Source of the DNA: a virus
Length of the DNA stretch: 40,642 nucleotides
Direction: 5' to 3' (one strand)
IMG/VR virus record: IMGVR_UViG_3300045988_111756
Location: 1-40,642 of that record
Position numbers and translations under genes: made by a program. The notes under the pieces are model-generated. The model searched no databases. It worked only from the letters and a program-made list of their open reading frames with translations, and was not told where the DNA came from. This document shows positions 27,054-36,574 of this stretch, piece by piece (position 1 is the stretch's first letter; each line of letters starts with the position of its first letter).

Positions 27054-27668
27054 CTATTTTTTCGCATACAGGCGATCTTCCAGCGGAGTTTCACCGCCGG
27101 AAGTGCCAGCACGCAGAACATTGTCTTCGCCCATGTCGGCGCCGATGCGGGCCAGCAGCCTGACCAGGGTGGGGTGGCTGCCGTAGCCAGTCTGACGCAG
27201 CAGCTCCACAGCCTCGCCCGTGGGGTCATAGGCTTTCAGGGCCTTGCGGGCATTGGTGACGGTCTTGTCCCAATTCTGGCCGCCGAACTCCTTGTCGGCG
27301 TACAACTCGTCGCGCCACTCCTGATCCATCTGCGCCATGCGCTGCGGCAGGTCGGCGCGTTCCTTGGCGTGCTGGTCGCGGATCTTTTCAGCCTGTTCCT
27401 TGTTCAGGCCGACCGTCTTCGCCCACTTCTCCAGCCGTTCCAGGTCTTCGCCTTCCAGGCCAGTTTCCCCGGCTTCCAGCTTCCAGTCATCGCCGCCATC
27501 GGTGGGCTTGGCTTCGGGCTTGGGGGCAGTGCCTTCGCCCTCGCCGTCCAGCAGGCCACCAGCCGCGGGGGGCGTGGTGCCGCCGTCGCCCTGGTTGTCA
27601 GCAGGGGAGGGTTCATTCACCGGCGCGCCACCTTCCGTGGTCACGCCGTCGTTGGTTTCATCAGCCAT
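27054..27668 (-). CDS. Putative scaffolding protein (204 aa, acidic disordered N-terminus, helical C-terminus)
   Basis: Position between portal and capsid. Composition (G/E/D/P-rich then coiled coil). Confidence 0.5.
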   Translation of the reverse strand: MADETNDGVTTEGGAPVNEPSPADNQGDGGTTPPAAGGLLDGEGEGTAPKPEAKPTDGGDDWKLEAGETGLEGEDLERLEKWAKTVGLNKEQAEKIRDQHAKERADLPQRMAQMDQEWRDELYADKEFGGQNWDKTVTNARKALKAYDPTGEAVELLRQTGYGSHPTLVRLLARIGADMGEDNVLRAGTSGGETPLEDRLYAKK

Positions 27669-27671
27669 TGT

Positions 27672-27932
27672 TTACTCCTTTTCCAGCAGGCTGCCGATGA
27701 TGCCGGCCTCTTGCGCAAGCGCCATGATTTCAGCACCGATAGAGCGTTTCCCTTCCCTGTACGCGGCAAGGGATGGATTGTCCACATAGCCAGACTGACA
27801 GATTCCGGACTGTTGCACAAGCCAGCGCAGCAGCTCACGCGCGCCGGGGTCATTACGCAGCAGCCGCCCCACGGTCTTCACGCGGTCATTCTGCTGCGCC
27901 TGCATGATCTGGCCTCTCGATTCCATATCCAT
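27672..27932 (-). CDS. Hypothetical protein (86 aa) between portal and scaffold
   Basis: ORF, operon context. Confidence 0.4.
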   Translation of the reverse strand: MDMESRGQIMQAQQNDRVKTVGRLLRNDPGARELLRWLVQQSGICQSGYVDNPSLAAYREGKRSIGAEIMALAQEAGIIGSLLEKE

Positions 27933-29641
27933 TACAGACCTCCCAGACCACCGATCAGAGCGCTGAGGGCCGTCTCACCGTCCGGGCCTGTCGGTGCCTG
28001 TCCCAGGTTCTTTGCCGCTGCCGCCGCGCCTTCCATCGTCTGCATGGACGCGGCCGCTTCGGCTTGGGCCTGTGCCTGCGCCTGAGCCTGTGCCCGCTGT
28101 TGCCGCATGGCGTCGCGGGCTTTCTCGTCGCGGAAGATGGACTGAGGCGCGCCAAGGTTCTCGGCGTAGGTCTTGATAAGGCTGTCGGGGTCGAAGTTGT
28201 CCAGTATCTCAGGCATAGCGCCTGCCATGTTCGCGGCAAACGCCATAATCTGGTCAGTGCTGGACGTGCCTATCATCTTCTGGGCCTGGGCCAGAACGCT
28301 GACAAACTCCACACGCAGGGTTTGTCCTGCCATGTCCTGCGGAGCTTCCGGCAGGTAGTCCCATTCCCCCATGAGCTGGAATGTGCGCTCAATGAGAGGT
28401 GAGAGCAGCTCCTTGTCCAGCCGCTCAACCACGGGGCCGATGAGGATGAGCTTTTCCTGCTGCTTCGCCTCGATCTCCGTCGCCGTGATCTGGCGCCGGT
28501 CATTGTCCAGCAACATGCGGAACAGGTCAGTGTACATGGCCTGCTCGATCTGCTGCCGAATAAGCAGCTTTGCCTGCTCCACAGCCTGCATACTCGCCGC
28601 ATCTGCCTGGATGATGGGAGTGGCGGCCACAGGCTGGCCAGTGCCAGACCACGAGACATAGTTGCACGCGCCCGGCGTCAGGTCGATGCCGACTTTCTGC
28701 AGCTCCGCATTGACGGACAGGGCCGGATCGCTCATGCGATGCCAGCTTTTGATGGACGTGCGCTGCATGGCCTGGAGCATACGGTTGTCGGCCATGGCCT
28801 GCATGGCCGGGCTGTAGCCGTACACGTTGCCGTCCCGCAGCTCCCAACGCGGCGCGAACGCAGGGAAGCTCTGGAAGCCAGATTCCCGCACCACTTCCGG
28901 CGCCCTGTTGCCGCCCTGCATGAGCAGGTGGACGGACGCCCACGGCATCTGCGTTTTGACCTTCGAGCCCGGAACAGCGTCCTTGCGCGGATAGATGCAC
29001 TGCACCACCTCGTAGAGGTTCTGCGCCGTTGCGCCTCCCTTCTGCTCAAGCTGCATCCGCATGGATTCCGGCAGCGTGGCCTTGCCGTACTCCTGCGCGA
29101 GCTGACGCAGGGTCAGCCAGCGGGAGAACATGAGTGTATCCACCTCGTCCTTCGCGTTCACGTCCAGCACATAGCTGCCGGGCTCCAGCACGCGGAAGTA
29201 GAGGCCGTTCGCGTCTGCCGTCTCGACCATGACGCCGGTGCCATAGAGGCCCATGTCCAGGTAGAGGACGTGCAGCGCGTTGTACAGGTTAGACTTGTGG
29301 AAGATGTTCTGCATTCGGTCTTCGACGTCCTGCAGCCATCCACCACCCATCTGATCGTTAGTTTCCTCTCCCTGGAAACGCAGTCTGAACCATGGCCGGG
29401 CCGGGCTGGTCATGCCACCCTGCATCCCCGCGGCAAGCGTCCGAGTAGCCTGGACGCCACAGGTCTCCAAGATCTTGTCATTGAGGATAGCCTGGCGCGT
29501 GGCAATGTCGCGGGCCTGGCCTGGCCGGTATCCGTAGGGGGAGAAGGCCTCCGCCACGGAATCCCATGCAGTGATCCAGTTCTGCCGCTCGCTTTTCAGC
29601 GTCTCGTATCGGCGCGCCAGTTCCCCGGCCAGCTCACTCAT
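27932..29641 (-). CDS. Portal (head-to-tail connector) protein (about 570 aa)
   Basis: Size. Position after terminase. Q/A-rich C-terminal tail (AQAQAQAQAQAEAAASMQTMEGAAAAA) similar in character to the T7 gp8 C-terminus. Real start MSELAGELARRYETL at 29641. Confidence 0.6.
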   Translation of the reverse strand: MSELAGELARRYETLKSERQNWITAWDSVAEAFSPYGYRPGQARDIATRQAILNDKILETCGVQATRTLAAGMQGGMTSPARPWFRLRFQGEETNDQMGGGWLQDVEDRMQNIFHKSNLYNALHVLYLDMGLYGTGVMVETADANGLYFRVLEPGSYVLDVNAKDEVDTLMFSRWLTLRQLAQEYGKATLPESMRMQLEQKGGATAQNLYEVVQCIYPRKDAVPGSKVKTQMPWASVHLLMQGGNRAPEVVRESGFQSFPAFAPRWELRDGNVYGYSPAMQAMADNRMLQAMQRTSIKSWHRMSDPALSVNAELQKVGIDLTPGACNYVSWSGTGQPVAATPIIQADAASMQAVEQAKLLIRQQIEQAMYTDLFRMLLDNDRRQITATEIEAKQQEKLILIGPVVERLDKELLSPLIERTFQLMGEWDYLPEAPQDMAGQTLRVEFVSVLAQAQKMIGTSSTDQIMAFAANMAGAMPEILDNFDPDSLIKTYAENLGAPQSIFRDEKARDAMRQQRAQAQAQAQAQAEAAASMQTMEGAAAAAKNLGQAPTGPDGETALSALIGGLGGL

Positions 29642-29645
29642 GACG

Positions 29646-29867
29646 CTACCCGCCGAGGATGGAGCCGCCGCCACCGCCGCCGGACAGCGGAGACTGAGAC
29701 GTGAGGATGGACGAACGCAGGCCCGCGGCCTTGTTCGCCTTTTCCTTCTGATTTTCACGGGCCGCCGTGGCCGCCTCGCTCACGCTCTTGGTCGCGAGCT
29801 GGGCCTTCGGGGCCGGGGGAGGAGTGTAGGAGGGCGTGCCGCCCTTACCACCGCCGCCACCACCCAT
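29646..29867 (-). CDS. Gly-rich small protein (73 aa) upstream of portal
   Basis: RBS AGGAGG before ATG 29867. MGGGGGGKGG...GGGGGGSILGG. Confidence 0.4.
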   Translation of the reverse strand: MGGGGGGKGGTPSYTPPPAPKAQLATKSVSEAATAARENQKEKANKAAGLRSSILTSQSPLSGGGGGGSILGG

Positions 29868-29868
29868 G

Positions 29869-30384
29869 TTACACCTCCTTGAGGTTACAGATGATCAATA
29901 CCCCATCACAGACGCGATTGTTGTGATGGGCAAGGATGCAAGCGCCGGGCACGATGCCCGCCATCTTGTACCCCACATTCAGAGCAAAGCGCCACGCATG
30001 GCGGTATGGCTTCGGAGTCAACCCCATGAGGGAATGCATACCGCCGTCGCGCAGCGCCGTAAGCCATTCATACGCCAGCGTTTCGCGCATGTCCATCCCG
30101 GCCCGGAAGAAGCAGAAATGGGACAGGGCGCTGTAGCCGGTGTGGTTGTTGAGGATGGCGAAGACCAGGGGCTCACCTTGCAGGGAGAAGGCCGCATAGA
30201 CCCACTGGTCATCCCGCTGCATCCGCGAGATGAAGTCCAGCTTGCCCATGCTGTGGCAGTCATAGAAAAACGTTTCAAGCAGACCATCGTCCACAAGCTG
30301 GTCGTAGAGATCAGCCAGGGACAGCGGCCCGTCGTCGCGGAACGTCACGTTGCCAGGAAGGTGGCACAGCCAGAAATGATCCAT
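29869..30384 (-). CDS. GNAT-like protein (171 aa), paralog of 14983..15435
   Basis: RETLAYEWLTALRDGGMHSL vs RQGWTALSLLRYAEGGLRDAG in the paralog. ATG 30384 overlaps the TerL stop. Confidence 0.4.
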   Translation of the reverse strand: MDHFWLCHLPGNVTFRDDGPLSLADLYDQLVDDGLLETFFYDCHSMGKLDFISRMQRDDQWVYAAFSLQGEPLVFAILNNHTGYSALSHFCFFRAGMDMRETLAYEWLTALRDGGMHSLMGLTPKPYRHAWRFALNVGYKMAGIVPGACILAHHNNRVCDGVLIICNLKEV

Positions 30385-31685
30385 TATCGCACCCCCCACA
30401 CATCATAGTTGGTTTTGGCATGTCGGTGCATTTCCGCAGGCCGGGAGACAGGGGCCGCCAGCGTCAGGGCCAGCGCATCAGCCACGTCCGGGGAGCGCAT
30501 CAGCCGTTCCTTGATCTCGTCCTTCGGTTCCAGCTTGATCTTGCCCGCATTGTCATAGCAGTAGGTAGGCGCAGACAGCTCGGCTTTAAGCGCCTCGTCT
30601 GGGGGCAGCGCGCCGCCAGATTCCAGCCACTCGCGCACCGAGTACCACATTTCGGAGCGGCGGTTGACGAAACGGTCATGCCGCATCGCCCGGCCACCGA
30701 ACGGCACTTCCATGACGGTGTGGCCGAGCTGGCGCAGGCGGTCAATGACTCCCTGCCCCTGGCCGGCGTCGATGAAAACAGCGTCGGGCCGATGCTCAAC
30801 GATGGCCGCGGCCACGCGGTCAGCAAGACTCATGTTGTCCATGCCGCGAAGGATGACAGGGGGGAAGCCCACAAGGCCCTGCCGCCTGAAAATGACACTG
30901 CTGTCGTCACCGAAGCGAGCCACGTCCACACCAAGCACCACAGGCGCCCGGCTGTACTCGTGGGGCTTGTACGTCCGCCGCATGGCCTCACCGACGAGGT
31001 ACAGGGGGATCAGCACGTCATCGGAGGACGCGGAGAAATCGCACATCATTTCCTGCCGCCAGACATTCTCTGACAGCTCATGCCGCAGCCGTTCCACCTC
31101 GTCAGCGGGCAGGCTGTGCGTCTCAGTGACCGGGAAGGACATGGCGCACCACGTCGTGTCCCCGGCCTGCTGCCGCTCCAGGGCGCGGTAGTACAGCTCC
31201 GAGAACACGTTGATGCCCTTGGGCGTACCAATGAAGAGCGCCCATCCCATGCGGTCGGCCAGGGCAGGCTGCACAATCTCTTGCCAGACCTCCGGCTTCA
31301 TTTGCGCCACTTCGTCCATAACCACGCCGTCATAATAGAGGCCGCGCAGGGCGTCGGGATTGTCGGTGCCGAAAATGCGTATCTTCGCCCCTGACGGCAG
31401 CGCAATGGAAAGCTCACTCTCGTTGACGGCACGGCCGGGAAGCGGCTCCGTGTAGTGCTTCAGGTAGTCCCATGCGATTTGCTTTGCCTGATTGCGGAAC
31501 GGCGCAATATAGGCATATGAGCCACGCTCTTTCTTGCACAGCAGCGCCATTTTTATGAGGTGGTTCACAGCCAGCACCGTCTTTCCGAAACGACGATGGG
31601 CCACAACGACAGAGAACCGCGCATGCTCCAGCCGCTCGTGGACTTCCGGGTAGCGCGGCTTGTACGGGATGGTCACGACTGCCAT
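30384..31685 (-). CDS. terL: Terminase large subunit
   Basis: Walker A VVAHRRFGKT. Nuclease motifs VLGVDVARFGDDSSV, FIDAGQGQG, PDVADALALT. Confidence 0.85.
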   Translation of the reverse strand: MAVVTIPYKPRYPEVHERLEHARFSVVVAHRRFGKTVLAVNHLIKMALLCKKERGSYAYIAPFRNQAKQIAWDYLKHYTEPLPGRAVNESELSIALPSGAKIRIFGTDNPDALRGLYYDGVVMDEVAQMKPEVWQEIVQPALADRMGWALFIGTPKGINVFSELYYRALERQQAGDTTWCAMSFPVTETHSLPADEVERLRHELSENVWRQEMMCDFSASSDDVLIPLYLVGEAMRRTYKPHEYSRAPVVLGVDVARFGDDSSVIFRRQGLVGFPPVILRGMDNMSLADRVAAAIVEHRPDAVFIDAGQGQGVIDRLRQLGHTVMEVPFGGRAMRHDRFVNRRSEMWYSVREWLESGGALPPDEALKAELSAPTYCYDNAGKIKLEPKDEIKERLMRSPDVADALALTLAAPVSRPAEMHRHAKTNYDVWGVR

Positions 31686-31990
31686 TTGATATCCAGCCCA
31701 CCAGAAATTTCATTCTCGACCTTGTCCACAGGTTTCTCGCCCACGGTGTCGCGCACCCAGTCGGCCGCCTGCTTATCCCCGGAAGACGCTTTCAGTATCA
31801 TGGCCTTGCATATGGCCAGACGCGGAGAGACCTTTTCGAGTTCTTCCATAGGTACATCCATAAAGGCTTGCAGCATCAGCTTGAAGCTCTTTTTTTCTGC
31901 CCGCGCTTTGCCGGACGCAATGCCGCCGTTTCTGCCTCTTCTTTTTGCTTCTTCGCTGGTTCGCACCGGAGTCAAATCAGATTTCGCCAT
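31673..31990 (-). CDS. Putative terminase small subunit (start uncertain: ATG 31990 or GTG 32014)
   Basis: Small basic protein overlapping the terL start. No diagnostic motif. Confidence 0.4.
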   Translation of the reverse strand: MAKSDLTPVRTSEEAKRRGRNGGIASGKARAEKKSFKLMLQAFMDVPMEELEKVSPRLAICKAMILKASSGDKQAADWVRDTVGEKPVDKVENEISGGLDIKWQS

Positions 31991-32053
31991 GTTCTTCCCT
32001 TGCCAGTCTTTCACGCTCCCGCTTGTCCTTTTCTTCTGCCCTTGTGCTGAACG

Positions 32054-32365
32054 TCAGATCATACTCCCACGGAAGCGCTTTTTTGTTCGAGATAGGAACG
32101 GTTGTAAGGTTTGTGCCGGAATCAGGATCAGTCTGTCCCTTGTTCTCCGGCTGGTAAAAATTCCTGCGGCAATCATTTTCGCCACGGCTCCACGGACTGC
32201 CCGCAATGTCAGGCCGCACTCGTTTGCGATTACCTCTTGCTTTACCGCGATATGGTTTTTCTTCCTGTCGAGGTGCAGCGCAACCATGGTTCCGGCGAAC
32301 TTTTCCGCGTAACTCATGCCGTCCACTTTGGCAATCGCCCTTATGATAGCTTGACTGTTTGTCAT
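32054..32365 (-). CDS. HTH/winged-helix DNA-binding protein (103 aa) upstream of the terminase genes; possible late-gene regulator
   Basis: IANECGLTLRAVRGAVAKMIAAG HTH-like segment. Confidence 0.45.
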   Translation of the reverse strand: MTNSQAIIRAIAKVDGMSYAEKFAGTMVALHLDRKKNHIAVKQEVIANECGLTLRAVRGAVAKMIAAGIFTSRRTRDRLILIPAQTLQPFLSRTKKRFRGSMI

Positions 32366-32531
32366 ACATGCTAAATCTCACTTTTTAGCCTCACATGATA
32401 GGTATGGGGCAGGGCGTGTGAGTGTCGCCTTTTCGGCCCGTCGGCCTATCCCCATGATTGAAAAATCATAGAAATATGGACATGGCAATGCAACGAGAAA
32501 AAAAAGGCCCCGCGTTGAACGGAGCTTTCTG

Positions 32532-32807
32532 TTAGAACAGCCGACTAACCAATGATCCCACGAGACCACCTGCGGACGATATGGCCGCCATGATTGCCAT
32601 GAGCGTTGCCTTGCTGCCCTCAAGTTTGCCGCGTTCTGCCGCGCAGTTTTCGGCCATGTGAGCAATGCGGTCCTCAACGTCTTTGATTCTGTTCCCGTGC
32701 TCTTTCAGAGTGTTGAACAGACCTTCTTTGAGTCTGTCGTTTATGTCATCAAGTATGCCTTCCATTCTGGAAAGCCTGCCCTCGTATCCGAGAAAATTTT
32801 CTTCCAC
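32532..32807 (-). CDS. Small protein with a coiled coil and a C-terminal TM helix; start ambiguous (GTG 32807 / ATG 32765); possible lysis-associated
   Basis: C-terminal ATLMAIMAAISSAGGLVGSLVSRLF hydrophobic segment. Confidence 0.35.
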   Translation of the reverse strand: MEENFLGYEGRLSRMEGILDDINDRLKEGLFNTLKEHGNRIKDVEDRIAHMAENCAAERGKLEGSKATLMAIMAAISSAGGLVGSLVSRLF

Positions 32808-32861
32808 GATTACCTCAACAATGCTACAGTGTTTTGATAGGAAGTTAGACAATGACGAAAT

Positions 32862-32951
32862 GCCCTTACTGCGAATCCGACAATCTCGGCATCATCAATA
32901 TCATGGGAGATAGCTTTGCCGTGGGCTGCAGAGACTTCTGAATGTCCGGCC
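32862..32951 (+). CDS. Mini-ORF (29 aa) MTKCPYCESDNLGIINIMGDSFAVGCRDF; truncated Lar-like zinc-ribbon fragment?
   Basis: CPYC motif like the Lar-like gene 36335-36574. AGGAAG 10 nt upstream. Confidence 0.2.
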
Positions 32952-33078
32952 CACAGTCCTGCACAGAGGGCGGCGCAAGAAACTCATGGGAGGGACTGTG
33001 CGCGCGGATGTGTCACCATTGTATATCGAGGCCATGGGGTAAAGCAATGGCCAGACGCATTTCACGCCTGGCCACGAA

Positions 33079-33363
33079 TCACAGCCCTGAAACTCCGGTC
33101 ACTGAGTAAATCCACGCCGCCAGAGTTCCGGCATCCGAGTCACTCATCCACAGCCCCGGACTTCCTTCCAGTTCCGCCCGTTGCAGACTTTTCAGCACCG
33201 GCAGGGGAGGAACTTCCGGGGTTGAGCTGCTGGAGCAGCACCCCTGCAGGATCAGCAGCACAGCGGCGACGGAACTCAGCAGCGCGAGCCGCGTCCAGCT
33301 TATCCAGAATGGCAAGCACAACATCCAGGAGCGCGGCGAGGACTGCCGTGAAGGTTTCCACAT
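33079..33363 (-). CDS. Spanin-like region: 73-aa i-spanin-like frame (33140-33361, GTG start, N-terminal TM) plus a possible o-spanin lipoprotein in the other frame (LILQGC lipobox-like, Pro-rich)
   Basis: Position after the holin. Two overlapping frames with TM/lipobox features. Confidence 0.3.
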   Translation of the reverse strand: MWKPSRQSSPRSWMLCLPFWISWTRLALLSSVAAVLLILQGCCSSSSTPEVPPLPVLKSLQRAELEGSPGLWMSDSDAGTLAAWIYSVTGVSGL

Positions 33364-33653
33364 TATTTCCCCGTGACGGCCTTGACGGCCTGCTTCACTT
33401 CGCAGGAATTGCCGTCAGCCTTGGCGCCCTTGTTCTGGCTAAAATGCGCGGCGAGCCCATGCACAATACGATAAAACACGGCATAAAATCCCGTAGTCTG
33501 AGATGGCACAGGCATCCACATGGTAGCCACGGCCGCAATGCCACAGACGGAGAGCATGGCAGTCAGCACCAGACCGACCCACGAGGCGTCGGGATTCTGG
33601 GAGGACATGGTTTCAAGGGCTTGAAAAATGAGATTGATGATCGTTTCTTCCAT
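33363..33653 (-). CDS. Holin-like membrane protein (96 aa)
   Basis: TM segment WVGLVLTAMLSVCGIAAVATMW. Adjacent to the endolysin. Confidence 0.45.
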   Translation of the reverse strand: MEETIINLIFQALETMSSQNPDASWVGLVLTAMLSVCGIAAVATMWMPVPSQTTGFYAVFYRIVHGLAAHFSQNKGAKADGNSCEVKQAVKAVTGK

Positions 33654-33708
33654 GAGGTTCTCACTTGGTAAAAGGTTTCATCATAAATCGGCGCGGAAAC
33701 CCTGCCCT

Positions 33709-33954
33709 TTAGGACGGGGAGGAGGCGCCGTTCTCCTTTCTAAGTTGAGTTAAGAAAGTGGTTCGCTTTTCGAGAAGCATCAGCTTTTTGGAACTGATGC
33801 CGGCGGAAAGCCGGGCTCCATCCAGCGTTCTGACGTCGAAGCATCCGGCGCCCCAGTTGTGTACCCAACATTCTGACATGAAAGCGCGCACGCCGTCCTG
33901 CGCTTCGGGACATCTTCGGCCGCAGCCGATGAAGACGCACTGCGAGAGCGACAC
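33709..33954 (-). pseudogene. Degraded partial paralog (about 75% nt identity) of the middle of the Cys-rich beta-helix gene 34672..35442, overlapping the 3' end of the endolysin ORF in another frame
   Basis: 33836-33951 aligns to 35050-35165. Protein-level CVFIGCGRRCPEAQDGV...CWVHNWGAGCFDVRT vs CAFIRCGRRCPEVQDGV...CWVHDWGVGCFDVRT. Confidence 0.5.
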
Positions 33955-34601
33955 TCTTCCTCCAGCTCGGCGCAGAGCCCCGCTAAAAGGCGCCCTTCCG
34001 CGGCACGCCTCCCCAGGTACTCCCCACCCCAGCCGTCACGGTCCATGAGAGCGGCGGACGCCTTCGCCCAGTCTCCTTTGCGCATAGCGGAGATGGTCAC
34101 AGGTCCTCGTCTCTCGGCACCCTTCACGCCGCACTGGTAAACGATGGAGAAGAGAACGCATTGAGCCTGCCACGGTAAGTCCTCATACTGCATAACATGC
34201 TCCTTGTGATTCCACCACGGGACGACGACGTCCCCCATATACCCCCGATGCTCGGCCTGAGTAAGTTCTTCCGCCTCCTCCTGCGTCAGCATGAGGGGAG
34301 CATTGCGGAGGGCACGGAGGGCCTCCCCCTGCCTCTTCCCGATGTAGGGGCGGACCTTATCCAGAGTGGGGGCAGACACGCCCCACCGGCGGAGCTGCGA
34401 CACTGTCTGCTGCCCGAGGTCCACGCCGACGCCAATAGTCACACCGGACACGCCCATGGCGCGGTACTCGGTGACGGGCTGGGTGCCGTTGTAGTTGGCC
34501 GTGCCGCCGGAGTTCCGGTAGCACGGGATATAGCCGCGGCGGGTCATCTTGCCTTCCACATTTTCGAGCCACTTGAAAATCTTCTCGTATTCAATCGCCA
34601 T
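33780..34601 (-). CDS. Endolysin, lysozyme-like muramidase (T4-lysozyme-like signature) with an unusual C-terminal extension
   Basis: EGKMTRRGYIPCY...SGVTIGVGVDLG resembles the GH24 E...G..TIG.G pattern. Real ATG 34601 (MAIEYEKIF) with RBS GGAGACAG. Confidence 0.55.
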   Translation of the reverse strand: MAIEYEKIFKWLENVEGKMTRRGYIPCYRNSGGTANYNGTQPVTEYRAMGVSGVTIGVGVDLGQQTVSQLRRWGVSAPTLDKVRPYIGKRQGEALRALRNAPLMLTQEEAEELTQAEHRGYMGDVVVPWWNHKEHVMQYEDLPWQAQCVLFSIVYQCGVKGAERRGPVTISAMRKGDWAKASAALMDRDGWGGEYLGRRAAEGRLLAGLCAELEEECRSRSASSSAAAEDVPKRRTACALSCQNVGYTTGAPDASTSERWMEPGFPPASVPKS

Positions 34602-34671
34602 TTCTGTCTCCAAATGATGTGTGCGGATTAGTAGCTGCCTACCTTTTTACCGGAAGCGACAGCTCCTGCCC

Positions 34672-35442
34672 TCATATCTCCTGCCCGGCATATTCCCATA
34701 GCGTCATGCCGAGCGACGTACCGGACGTGTCGGGCAGCTGCTTCAGCCAGTCCAGGGAAGGTGACTCGTCCTTCACCTGTACACCCCTGACCTGCCTGCA
34801 TCCGACAAACCGGCAGTCACGGCTTCCGCCCTGGCCGCCACCGGTGTAGTCGAGTCCTCTCTCCTGTCCGCTCACCCAGGATGACGGGGAGAAGATGTCT
34901 CTGATGCCGCCATCGTTGTAGGCTTCGCCCAGGTGATTGAGGTGATCCACGATCCAGTCTTTGCGGGAAAGACTGTGAGAACGCGAGAACACACAATTTG
35001 TGGCAGTCAGGCAGGCGCTGTGATGGGCCCATGCGCCGAAGGTGCGGACATCAAAACATCCCACGCCCCAGTCGTGCACCCAGCACTGGCTCATATCGGC
35101 GATAACGCCGTCCTGCACCTCGGGACACCTTCTCCCGCACCTGATGAAGGCGCAGTTTTTGAGAAAGAGAAGCCCTGACTTGTCTTCTGCCGGGTAGTCC
35201 CCGTTGCCCCCAAGGATGGCTTTCTTGCAGCCGATGAAGACGCAGCGGTCGATGACCACATGGGCGCCCTTGATGCAGTCGATAGCTTCATCCTGGTCAG
35301 CGAGCGGGACGGCGGAGAGGTCGAAGATGCAGTCCTGGATGAGAGTGCCGCCGTCACTTCCCCAGACCTGAATACAGTCTCCGCCAAGGTTGAACGTCGG
35401 GGCCGTATAGAGGCCTTCCCGGATTACCCTGCTGTAGCTCAT
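34672..35442 (-). CDS. Cys-rich protein with right-handed beta-helix-like repeats (256 aa)
   Basis: Recurring rungs DCIFDLS, RCVFIGC, NCAFIRCGRRC, NCVFSRS, DCRFVGC. Confidence 0.5.
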   Translation of the reverse strand: MSYSRVIREGLYTAPTFNLGGDCIQVWGSDGGTLIQDCIFDLSAVPLADQDEAIDCIKGAHVVIDRCVFIGCKKAILGGNGDYPAEDKSGLLFLKNCAFIRCGRRCPEVQDGVIADMSQCWVHDWGVGCFDVRTFGAWAHHSACLTATNCVFSRSHSLSRKDWIVDHLNHLGEAYNDGGIRDIFSPSSWVSGQERGLDYTGGGQGGSRDCRFVGCRQVRGVQVKDESPSLDWLKQLPDTSGTSLGMTLWEYAGQEI

Positions 35443-36167
35443 TGCCCCTGCCTTCCAGACTTGCCCATACCGTGCTTAACGCGATCCGCTTCTTCGGCGC
35501 GCTTCGCGTCGTTGAAACGGTCAAGGGTGCCGACAAGATACACATGTCGTGGACTGTTACTTGCCCCGTAGGGCCTCCGGCGTTCAGTCTCTGCATTCCG
35601 ATACGATACCGCCCATCCGCGGATATAAGCGCGGCGCTTTTTCAGCCTTGCCCTGTACTGCTCAGCCTTCCCCCCAAGCCGTGCCGCCAGAAGACGGGAA
35701 GCGGCGCAAAGACTGGAAGCTGACATGGTTTCTCCGTTTTTGGTGAGCGTTACGCCCACGCTGATACGGGCATTCCATGCCTGACAGTTGGCTACGCACC
35801 TGCTGATGGTCGCTGCACTCAGGGTGCGGTTCTTCATCTGCTGGGAATGGTTCACGTAGCGCAAATTGCTGTAGTGGTTGTTGTGCGAATCGCGGTCGAT
35901 GTGGTCGACTTCCATGCCTTCCGGGCACGGCCCGAGCCAGCATTCCGCGACAAGACGGTGAATCATATGCCTGCGCACTTTCCTTACCCCGTTCAACGTA
36001 CAGCTCGTCCACGCAGCGTAATAACCGGGCTGGGAATGGTGCGTGTCGAGCCTGATCGCAATCTGTTTTTTACTTTTCACATTGCGCATGATTCGCCCGT
36101 CTTCGCTGATCTCGTACAGGTACTTTAAGGATGGTATTTTCCGAAACTCAAGGTTTGATTCGTTCAT
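35439..36167 (-). CDS. HNH homing endonuclease (NUMOD4 + HNH_3)
   Basis: IPSLKYLYEISEDGRI (NUMOD4). VDHIDRDSHNNHYSNLRYVNHSQQ (HNH). Confidence 0.8.
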   Translation of the reverse strand: MNESNLEFRKIPSLKYLYEISEDGRIMRNVKSKKQIAIRLDTHHSQPGYYAAWTSCTLNGVRKVRRHMIHRLVAECWLGPCPEGMEVDHIDRDSHNNHYSNLRYVNHSQQMKNRTLSAATISRCVANCQAWNARISVGVTLTKNGETMSASSLCAASRLLAARLGGKAEQYRARLKKRRAYIRGWAVSYRNAETERRRPYGASNSPRHVYLVGTLDRFNDAKRAEEADRVKHGMGKSGRQGQ

Positions 36168-36334
36168 CTCTTGATCCCCATGCTGGAATTATTTGATTTC
36201 CGGCCCATTTTTGGGCACCACCAGCATGAAGCCGGGAATATCCCGGGCAGCCGGATGTTTACTGGCTCGCCTGTCAGCAACCAGTTATTCTTCTGATGCG
36301 CTCGAACTTTACGCCCTTGCCGACAAAACGCATT

Positions 36335-36574
36335 TTATTCGGTATGCAGATACTTTTCATTTTTTAGCTCCTTCACGATTTTCAAAAGGTGGGAATTGCA
36401 GTGCCGGCACATCCGGCCGCAAAGTATACTCCAACCCCGGGCAGCCTCTGTATCATCACCATCTACACTTTCAGGGCCCGACATGCCGCAGGCGGGGCAG
36501 GCGACAGTCCGCCCGCCCCCGTCAGTATCCGCCAGGTAGACGTCGGGACAGCCGCAGTAGGGGCAGGAGTGCAC
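36335..36574 (-). CDS. Lar-family-like restriction alleviation zinc-ribbon protein (79 aa)
   Basis: MHSCPYCG...VACPACG...EAARGW matches the Lar CPFCG...C..CG...EAI..WN pattern. Confidence 0.5.
   Translation of the reverse strand: MHSCPYCGCPDVYLADTDGGGRTVACPACGMSGPESVDGDDTEAARGWSILCGRMCRHCNSHLLKIVKELKNEKYLHTE

Noticed and set aside
34357-34572. Short ORFs nested in the endolysin gene and similar sub-100-aa ORFs throughout the structural region
   Set aside because: They are fully contained within longer, motif-supported genes on the same or the opposite strand
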